Assembly: GCA_038060895.1 (NCBI GenBank)
Contig: JBBTCT010000022.1
Location: 345,067 to 409,066 of the forward strand
Reading direction: 5' to 3'
DNA length: 64,000 nt
Source of the DNA: Planctomycetota bacterium
GTDB taxonomy: Bacteria > Planctomycetota > MHYJ01 > WSZJ01
The position numbers and the translations under genes are program-made. The notes under the pieces were generated by a model. The model was not told the origin of the DNA. It searched no databases and saw only the letters and a program-made list of their open reading frames with translations. Positions 57,457 through 64,000 of this stretch are shown here, one piece after another. The number at the start of each line of letters is the position of its first letter. Within the stretch, counting starts at the first letter, position 1.

Positions 57457-58970
57457 ACCGGCGGATTCCGGAGGTCGTCCCCGCCGACGCGCTCAATCTC
57501 GAGCTGCGCGAGAACGTGCATCCGCCGAAGCGGGAGAACCCGAAGCCGGCGCCGTCGTACAACCTCGTCGTGCTGGGGGCGGGGACCGCGGGGCTGGTGA
57601 CTGCGGCGGGAGGCGCGGGACTGGGTGCGAAAGTCGCGCTGGTGGAAAAGCACTTCCTTGGTGGCGATTGTCTGAACGTCGGCTGCGTTCCTTCGAAGGC
57701 CCTGATCCGCGCTTCGCGCGTCGTCGGCGAGCTGCGAAAGGCGGCGGCGTTCGGGGTGAATGTGAAAGGCTTCGAAGTCGATTTCGGCAAGGCGATGGAG
57801 CACATGCGCCGCGTGCGCACGAAGATCAGCCACCACGACTCCGTGGAGCGGTTCTCGAAGCTGGGCGTGGACATCTTCCTCGGCGAGCCGAAGTTCACGG
57901 GGCCGAACACCGTCGAAGTGGACGGGCAGACGCTCAAGTTCTCGAAGGCGGTGATCGCGACCGGCGCGCGCGCCGTGAAGCCGCCGATTCCCGGGCTCTC
58001 GGAGGCCGGGTTTCTCACGAACGAAAACGTCTTCAACCTCACCGAGCGGCCGCGCCGCCTCGCCGTGATCGGCGCGGGTCCGATCGGATGCGAACTTGCG
58101 CAGGCATTCCAGCGGCTCGGGTGCGAGGTCTCGCTCTTTGACATGGCGCCGCACATCCTGATCCGCGAGGACGCGGACGCGGCGGAGGTTGTGCAGCGGA
58201 AGTTCGTGGCGGAAGGAATCAACCTCGTCCTGAACGCGTCGCTCAAGCTCGTGGAGAAGCGCGCTTCCGGAAAGCGGATTGTGTACGCACTCGACGGGAA
58301 GGAATCCGAAATCGAGGTGGACGAGATCCTGGTCGGCGCCGGCCGCGCGCCCAACGTGGAGGGCCTCGGCCTCGACAAGGTCGGCGTCGAGACGGACAAG
58401 AACGGCATCAAGGTCAACGACCGCCTCCAGACCACCAACTCTTCCATCTACGCCGCCGGTGACGTCTGCATGACGCACAAGTTCACGCACGCCGCAGATT
58501 TCGCCGCGCGCGCCGTGCTGCAGAACGCGCTCTTCAAGGGACGGAAGAAGCTCTCAGCGCTCACGATTCCCTGGTGCACCTACACCGACCCCGAGGTCGC
58601 GCACGTCGGGATGTACGAAGCGGACGCAAAGGCGAAGGGGATCGAGGTCGACACGTATCTGCGAAAATTCGACGACGTTGACCGCGCGATCGCGGATGGA
58701 GAGGAAGAGGGCTTCGTGAAGATCCACTGCCGCAAGGGGACCGGGGAGATCGTGGGCGCGACGATCGTGGCGTCGCACGCCGGCGACATGATCAGCGAGG
58801 TCACGCTGGCGCTGACGCAGAAGATCGCGCTCGGTTCGCTGGCAAGCGTCATCCACCCCTACCCGACGCAGGCCGAGGCGATCCGGCAGTGCGGCGACAT
58901 GTTCAACCGCACGCGCCTGACGCCGTTCGTGAAGAAGGCGTTTGACAAGTGGTTGCGGTGGACGCGGTAG
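57453..58970 (+). CDS. Pyridine nucleotide-disulfide oxidoreductase (MerA/Lpd-like, no C-terminal CC)
   Basis: GAGTAG, GGDCLNVGCVPSK, GAGPIG.E, HPYPT; ATGA overlap. Confidence 0.9.
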   Translation: MNRRIPEVVPADALNLELRENVHPPKRENPKPAPSYNLVVLGAGTAGLVTAAGGAGLGAKVALVEKHFLGGDCLNVGCVPSKALIRASRVVGELRKAAAFGVNVKGFEVDFGKAMEHMRRVRTKISHHDSVERFSKLGVDIFLGEPKFTGPNTVEVDGQTLKFSKAVIATGARAVKPPIPGLSEAGFLTNENVFNLTERPRRLAVIGAGPIGCELAQAFQRLGCEVSLFDMAPHILIREDADAAEVVQRKFVAEGINLVLNASLKLVEKRASGKRIVYALDGKESEIEVDEILVGAGRAPNVEGLGLDKVGVETDKNGIKVNDRLQTTNSSIYAAGDVCMTHKFTHAADFAARAVLQNALFKGRKKLSALTIPWCTYTDPEVAHVGMYEADAKAKGIEVDTYLRKFDDVDRAIADGEEEGFVKIHCRKGTGEIVGATIVASHAGDMISEVTLALTQKIALGSLASVIHPYPTQAEAIRQCGDMFNRTRLTPFVKKAFDKWLRWTR

Positions 58971-58973
58971 GCG

Positions 58974-59387
58974 GTGCCAAGGATCACGCGAGTCCTGGAG
59001 ACCGCCCTCTACGTCGATGACCTCGACCGCGCGGTCGGCTTCTACCGCGGCGTCATGGCCCTGCGGGTCCTCTTCCTGAATCCGCGTATGGCCGCCCTCG
59101 ACGCAGGGCAGGGAACCGTTCTGCTCCTCTTCCGTCGGGGCGCCTCCGCCGCGGGCGCCGGCGGACCGGATGGTTGGATTCCGCCGCACGACGGCGCCGG
59201 TCCGGCGCATTTCGCATTCGCGATCCAGGCGGAGGACCTGGCGGAATGGGAGGCGCACCTTGCGGCTCATCGCGTGACCGTGGAGAGCCAGATTACCTGG
59301 GAGCGCGGCGGCACCAGCGTTTACTTCCGGGATCCGGACGGGCATTCCGTCGAGTTGGCGACTCCGGGAGTCTGGGAAACGTATTAG
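58974..59387 (+). CDS. VOC/glyoxalase family protein
   Basis: ETALYVDDL.RA..FY, HFAF, YFRDPDGH.VEL. Confidence 0.9.
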   Translation: MPRITRVLETALYVDDLDRAVGFYRGVMALRVLFLNPRMAALDAGQGTVLLLFRRGASAAGAGGPDGWIPPHDGAGPAHFAFAIQAEDLAEWEAHLAAHRVTVESQITWERGGTSVYFRDPDGHSVELATPGVWETY

Positions 59388-59418
59388 GGCGGGGAGAAGC
59401 GGCGCTTCCCCCCGCCCT
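59386..59418. terminator. Hairpin between convergent genes
   Basis: agggcggggagaagc-ggc-gcttccccccgccct. Confidence 0.65.
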
Positions 59419-59425
59419 TCTGTCC

Positions 59426-59758
59426 TTACTTCCCGAACATGATCCCGGCCATCTTCGTGCCGAGATCGTTCTTCGACTTCGCCTCTGCCATCTTCGAGGC
59501 CCAGACGGCGCCCATCGCCTCGACGACGGCGTCGGCGCCCGCGTCGATCTTCGCGCCCCACGCCTTGACGATGCGGGACTTGAGTGCGTCGACGTGCGCC
59601 TGTTTGAGCGCGGCCGAGAAGGAGGCGCACCACAGGGCCTTGGCGCAGGCGACGGGGTCGCTGCAGTCACTGCCGCAGGGGCACTTGCCGGAATCGCAGC
59701 CGGACGAAGAAGCGGGCTGGGTGGAGCAGGAATCGGTCGAGCAGCAGTCGTTGGACAT
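59426..59758 (-). CDS. Small protein with Cys-rich (metallothionein-like) N-terminus and helical C-terminus
   Basis: MSNDCCSTDSC...: 9 Cys in the first 44 aa; RBS gaggag. Confidence 0.75.
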   Translation of the reverse strand: MSNDCCSTDSCSTQPASSSGCDSGKCPCGSDCSDPVACAKALWCASFSAALKQAHVDALKSRIVKAWGAKIDAGADAVVEAMGAVWASKMAEAKSKNDLGTKMAGIMFGK

Positions 59759-59829
59759 GGCACGGTCTCCTCTCAAGGGTTTCCGAAATGTGAAGGGCCT
59801 CAGCGGCCCCTTGTTTGTTTGTGCTAGAT

Positions 59830-59847
59830 ATACCAACTGGTTGGTAT
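59830..59847. promoter_or_regulatory. TetR-type operator palindrome
   Basis: ATACCAAC-TG-GTTGGTAT upstream of the Cys-rich gene; a related TACCaatcAGTA site lies at 60478-60489. Confidence 0.7.
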
Positions 59848-59866
59848 CTTTATTCCCGAAATAAGA

Positions 59867-60472
59867 TTACTTCCCGCACAGCCCCTTCAGGTACGTGCGG
59901 AAGTGCCGCACGTTCCGCGCCACCACGTCCGCATTCTTGCGCACCTTCGCCAACATCAGCGACCCTTCCAGCACGGCGATGAAATGCTCCGCCACTTCAT
60001 GCGGATCCCACGATGCCCGCGGAGCCACGGCTTTCTTCGCCGCGGCCAGTTCCGCCCCCAGCTTCTCCGACCATGCCTGGAATCCCCCGCAGCACATCGA
60101 CCGCATGGGGCCGTTGCAGTCACAGAGCTCCGCCGAGAATTCGCCCAGCAGGCAACCGCGGGACGCCTCGGGGTCGTTTGCGACATCCTCCACCGCGTCG
60201 AGGTACTTCAGCACCCGCTTCCACGGGTCTTTCTCCAGGCCGATGGCGACTTCGAATTTCCGGCCCATCTTTTCGCAGAAGCGCTGGAGGGCGGCGCGGC
60301 CGAGTTCGTCCTTGGACTCGAAGTAATGGAAGAAAGAGCCTTTCGTGACGCCGGCCTCGGCGCAGATGGCGTCGACGGACGTCCCGTTGTAGCCCTGCGA
60401 GAGCATCAGCGAAGTTGCGGCGTCGAGGAGCTTCTCGCGGGTTTTCGGATTGAGGGAGGCGGTTCGGGGCAT
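59867..60472 (-). CDS. TetR/AcrR regulator, NemR-like
   Basis: HTH 'TSVDAICAEAGVTKGSFFHYFESK', 'RGCLLG', several extra Cys residues. Confidence 0.92.
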   Translation of the reverse strand: MPRTASLNPKTREKLLDAATSLMLSQGYNGTSVDAICAEAGVTKGSFFHYFESKDELGRAALQRFCEKMGRKFEVAIGLEKDPWKRVLKYLDAVEDVANDPEASRGCLLGEFSAELCDCNGPMRSMCCGGFQAWSEKLGAELAAAKKAVAPRASWDPHEVAEHFIAVLEGSLMLAKVRKNADVVARNVRHFRTYLKGLCGK

Positions 60473-60477
60473 AGGCG

Positions 60478-60513
60478 TACCAATCAGTATGTGAATGCGT
60501 GTCCGTGTGTCAA
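60478..60513 (-). promoter_or_regulatory. tetR promoter overlapped by a putative autoregulatory site
   Basis: Minus strand TTGACA-N16-CATACT ending 13 nt before the ATG. Confidence 0.5.
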
Positions 60514-60538
60514 CAGTTTTCGCCGGGACTTCCCCGCT

Positions 60539-61258
60539 TCACGCCTTTTCGACCCTCGCCCTCGCCGCCTGCCCCCATTTGATCAGCGCGCCTTCCCCGC
60601 GCCCCCACCGGACCACCCTCCAGTTCGTGCTCATGCCGCGGTGCACCATGCGCAGGAACACCATGCTCGCAGGCTCCAGCGAGCGCTCCGTCCACGACGC
60701 CGGCAGGAACGCCTTCGCCCTCAGGGCGGGATCGGAGGTACGAAGCGGAAACGGCAGTTCGCTTGAGAAGGCGGAAAACGCGGACAGGTTCAGCTCCAGC
60801 CCGTAAGCCTGCATCCGGGTGCTCACGGAGTAGACACGTCCGCGGACCGCCGGCTCCGGAGAGCGGAAGACCCGCTCCTTCTCCGACCTGACCTCGAGCA
60901 CCGGCGTGGGGAGCTCGCTGTCCTTCGGCACCTTGACCGTCGCCTTGATCCGCGCCTTCCGGAATTCACCGTTCAGGCTGCAGACCCAGGCCATGTGGAC
61001 TTTGCTGTCCGCGCGCGCGACACGCGCCAGCACGAACGTGTGCGCCCGCCCTTCGACAGGGGCGTCGTCAGCCCGCATGTAGACCATCGCGTCGTCCGCC
61101 GCAACGCAGGCGACCAGGTGGTTTTTTCGCGCGGCGCTCCCCGGCTCGGCCCCCGCCCGGATTTCCGTCCACTCGCCCGGCTCCGTGCGCGTCAGGTCCA
61201 GGTGGTGGAACTGATGCTCGCGGACGTCGGTCGATTCGGGGGAAGCGGCGTCCGTCAT
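60539..61258 (-). CDS. Hypothetical protein
   Basis: ATGA overlap with the upstream peptidase gene. Confidence 0.65.
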   Translation of the reverse strand: MTDAASPESTDVREHQFHHLDLTRTEPGEWTEIRAGAEPGSAARKNHLVACVAADDAMVYMRADDAPVEGRAHTFVLARVARADSKVHMAWVCSLNGEFRKARIKATVKVPKDSELPTPVLEVRSEKERVFRSPEPAVRGRVYSVSTRMQAYGLELNLSAFSAFSSELPFPLRTSDPALRAKAFLPASWTERSLEPASMVFLRMVHRGMSTNWRVVRWGRGEGALIKWGQAARARVEKA

Positions 61259-62352
61259 TTCTCGACGAGGACTTCCGCGCCGCCGTCGGTGACGAGCACG
61301 TCGTTCTCATGCCGCACGCCGAATTTCCCGGGGAGGTAAATCCCGGGCTCGACCGTCACTACGTTTCCGGCGCTCAGCCGCCGCCTGTTGCCCTTCACCA
61401 GATAAGGCTGCTCGTGCACGTCCATGCCGAGGCCGTGGCCGGTGCGGTGCGTGAAGAACTCCCCGTAGCCGCTCTTCTCGATCACCTTGCGCGCGGCGGC
61501 ATCGACGTCCTCGCACGGGACGCCGGGGCCGGCGATCTCGACCGCGGCGTCGTGCGCCCGCTTCACGACCTGCATCACCTTCTTCACTTCTCCCGACGGC
61601 TCGCCGCCGAAGACAAACGTCCGCGTGATGTCGCCCTGGTACCCGCCGAAGGACGTTCCGCAGTCCATCAGCACGACGTCTCCCTTGGCGAGCTTCCGCA
61701 ACCCCGGGCTCCCGTGCGGGATCGCCGCCGACGGCCCGAACTGCGCCAGCGCCCACGACGGCTCCTTGCTCCCGTACGTCAGCGCAGACTGCAGCATCCC
61801 CGCAACTTCCGCTTCCGTGACGCCGGGCCGAAGCGCGTCCACGACGCTTTCGCGCGCGTCGTGCGTGAGGCGGATGGCGTGGCGGAGAAGCGCCAGCTCG
61901 GCTGCGGACTTGCGGGAGCGAAGAGCGTCCATGACTTCTTCGTCGGGGATGAGATCGAGCCGGTCGTCGGCCCTCGCGAGGCGAGCGCTCGTGACCACGT
62001 CGGTGGACGCCTCCATGACGATCACTCGCGCGCGCGTCCGCGGCTTCGACAGCCGGTCCGCCACGAGCCGGAAGGGGTTCTGGTCTTCCTCCCATGTCCG
62101 CACTTCCGCGAAGAGCCGGTTGTGCACGAGCCGCTCGCGTTCGAAGGCGGGGGCGATGAGTTCGGGGTGGCCTTCGGCGGGGACGAGGAGGGCGATCAGC
62201 CGCTCGGAGCGGTGAGCATCGAGGCCGGTGAGGTAGAGGAAATTCGTCCCCGGGAGACAGAGGAAAGCCTCGGCTTCGGCGGCGACGATGAGTTCCTGCA
62301 GGCGCTGGAGGCGCTCGGCGTAGAGAGTGCCGGGAAGTCGGCGATCGGGCAT
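61255..62352 (-). CDS. Xaa-Pro peptidase (M24B)
   Basis: Creatinase-like N-terminus, MDCG, GDITRT, HRTGHGLGMDVHE, EPGIY, RHEND. Confidence 0.92.
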   Translation of the reverse strand: MPDRRLPGTLYAERLQRLQELIVAAEAEAFLCLPGTNFLYLTGLDAHRSERLIALLVPAEGHPELIAPAFERERLVHNRLFAEVRTWEEDQNPFRLVADRLSKPRTRARVIVMEASTDVVTSARLARADDRLDLIPDEEVMDALRSRKSAAELALLRHAIRLTHDARESVVDALRPGVTEAEVAGMLQSALTYGSKEPSWALAQFGPSAAIPHGSPGLRKLAKGDVVLMDCGTSFGGYQGDITRTFVFGGEPSGEVKKVMQVVKRAHDAAVEIAGPGVPCEDVDAAARKVIEKSGYGEFFTHRTGHGLGMDVHEQPYLVKGNRRRLSAGNVVTVEPGIYLPGKFGVRHENDVLVTDGGAEVLVEK

Positions 62353-62411
62353 GCGTTCCTCGACGGGCGGTTTTGACGAGTATAATCCGGGGCTTCAAGG
62401 GGGGCGAGGGA

Positions 62412-63095
62412 ATGCGGCTGGCCGGAGTGGACACGGTGCTTTTCGACATGGACGGGACGATCTCATCGTCCGGGTCCCTGGCGCTGGACGCCGCCGAGGA
62501 AGGGCTGCGCCGGTTCTACCGCGAACTCGGCGAGTCGGCGCCGATTCCGGCGCGCGCCGAGATCCGCGCGATGATCGGTCTGCCTTCGAACGTCTACTTC
62601 GCGCGCCTCGTCCCGGAACGCTTCGCTTCGCGCTGGCAGGACGTCCGCCGGCACGTGCTCGCTCTGGAAATCGAAGCGCTGGAAGCCGGGCGCGGCGGGA
62701 TGTTCGAGGGGACGGCGGAAACGCTCGGCGCGCTGAAATCCGCAGGGCTGCAGCTCGGCCTCGTCACGAACGCCGGCCGCGGGTACTACGCCGCGACGTG
62801 GCAGGCGCTTCACCTCGAGTCTTTTTTTTCGGTCGGCCTCTGCATCGACGACGCCCCGGGCGGCACGAAGGCGGACCTGGTGAAGCGCGCAGCGGGACAG
62901 CTCGGCACGCGACGCGGCGCCATGGTCGGCGACAAGGTGTACGACGTGGAAGCGGGGAAGGCCGCGGGGTTCGCGACGGTCGGGTGCACCTGGGGATACG
63001 GAAGCGCCTCGGAGTTCGCCGGCGCGGACCACGTCATCGACGACATCCGGCGGTTGCCGGCGCTCTTGGGCCTCGCCGCCGCAGGGTCGCGATGA
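62412..63095 (+). CDS. HAD family phosphatase
   Basis: FDMDGT, VTN, K, MVGDKVYD, WGYG. Confidence 0.9.
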   Translation: MRLAGVDTVLFDMDGTISSSGSLALDAAEEGLRRFYRELGESAPIPARAEIRAMIGLPSNVYFARLVPERFASRWQDVRRHVLALEIEALEAGRGGMFEGTAETLGALKSAGLQLGLVTNAGRGYYAATWQALHLESFFSVGLCIDDAPGGTKADLVKRAAGQLGTRRGAMVGDKVYDVEAGKAAGFATVGCTWGYGSASEFAGADHVIDDIRRLPALLGLAAAGSR

Positions 63096-63931
63096 GCCGC
63101 GACACGGAAATCCGGCGCGCGAAGGACCAGCTTGCGAAGGGCGACGCCGCGGGAGCGGAGCGCGCGCTTTCGGCCTCGCTTGCGTCGGGTGGCGCAGCGG
63201 CGGACGCTTTGAAGGCGCGCGCGATGGCCCGCGCAGGCCAGGGAAACTGGGGCGGCGCGGCGGAAGACCTGGAGCGGGTGCTCAAGGCGGCGCCCGACGA
63301 GGCCTCGCCGCTCGAGATCGAATACATTCGAGTGCTTCACCTCGCGCAGTCGCTTCCGGAAGACCAGGCGCGGCGAGCGGTCGAGTCGTTCTCGTACGAA
63401 AAGCTCGCGGCGTCCGTCCTGCTCTCATGCCGCGACCGCTCGTACTCGATCGACGACTTCGCGACGCGCAGCGTGAAAATCGCGACCGAGAAATACGCCG
63501 CGGCGCCGCCCGAGAATCTCAAGCACTACCTCTCCGCGAAAATCCCAGGCCGGCTCTACCGCGCCCCCGCGCTTCAGTCCCTCCCCGCGATGGACGCCTG
63601 GGCGCGCTGCGAATGGTGGGTCCACCACGGTCTCGGCGCGGCCGACGTTGTCCACGAGGCCGTCACGGGCGACAACGCCCTCGCGGCCCAGCCGGCGCTT
63701 CCCAACCCCCCGTTCCGCTACGGCTCCGACCCGGCGGACCTGGGGAAGCGTTGCCCGGTGGACTGGGGATTCGTGCATCACGCGCTGCTGGTGATGGTCT
63801 ACGACCTGGCGGACGAGTTGGCGGAAGAGCAGGCGCAGCTGCGGACGGAAATGCCGGGGATACGGGATGCGGCGGTGAAGCCGTTGGTTTATCTGGGGTT
63901 TGGGATTGGATTGGAATCGCAGGGGATATGA
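63092..63931 (+). CDS. Hypothetical protein with N-terminal TPR
   Basis: ATGA overlap with the HAD gene; TPR-like 'ARAMARAGQGNWGGAAEDLERVL'. Confidence 0.65.
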   Translation: MSRDTEIRRAKDQLAKGDAAGAERALSASLASGGAAADALKARAMARAGQGNWGGAAEDLERVLKAAPDEASPLEIEYIRVLHLAQSLPEDQARRAVESFSYEKLAASVLLSCRDRSYSIDDFATRSVKIATEKYAAAPPENLKHYLSAKIPGRLYRAPALQSLPAMDAWARCEWWVHHGLGAADVVHEAVTGDNALAAQPALPNPPFRYGSDPADLGKRCPVDWGFVHHALLVMVYDLADELAEEQAQLRTEMPGIRDAAVKPLVYLGFGIGLESQGI

Positions 63932-64000
63932 AACGGCGGGGGATGGGGGACGAAGGGTTTGGGATGGGGAGGGCTGGGGCTTGGGATGGGGATGGGGCAG

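Noticed and set aside
57453-58970. merA call
   Set aside because: No C-terminal Cys-Cys pair, no NmerA domain and no mer operon genes.

Overview
High-GC bacterial chromosome segment, most likely Planctomycetota. This is inferred from an '[13 protein letters not shown]' pseudopilin-type protein, an ECF sigma factor with a long membrane/extracytoplasmic extension, and Ser/Thr kinase-TPR genes. It holds about 50 mostly housekeeping or accessory genes: metH (split by a 1-nt frameshift) plus a core-MetE-like gene, a DtxR/MntR-controlled Tro-type Mn/Fe/Zn ABC operon, pepD, a sulfonate/nitrate-type ABC transporter, hicAB, arfB, an orphan flavin-dependent halogenase, an M1 aminopeptidase, nadA and a redox cluster. 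No rRNA, tRNA, CRISPR array, integrase or transposase was recognised. Highlights: (1) two free-standing TPR genes begin exactly at the YxFRHALLRxAAY motif that closes the winged-helix of the full-length pseudo-cyclase-STAND-TPR protein in this window, suggesting split NLR-like receptors with trans-acting sensors. (2) An exported thioredoxin-fold selenoprotein (UxxC, in-frame TGA plus SECIS-like hairpin) was split in two by the ORF track. (3) A near-leaderless Cys-Cys leader peptide and a 29-aa membrane peptide precede the sulfur-type ABC operon. (4) Several REP/REPIN-like palindromic repeat families are present, one of them in-frame at gene 5' ends. All calls come from motif reading by eye; no database searches were run.
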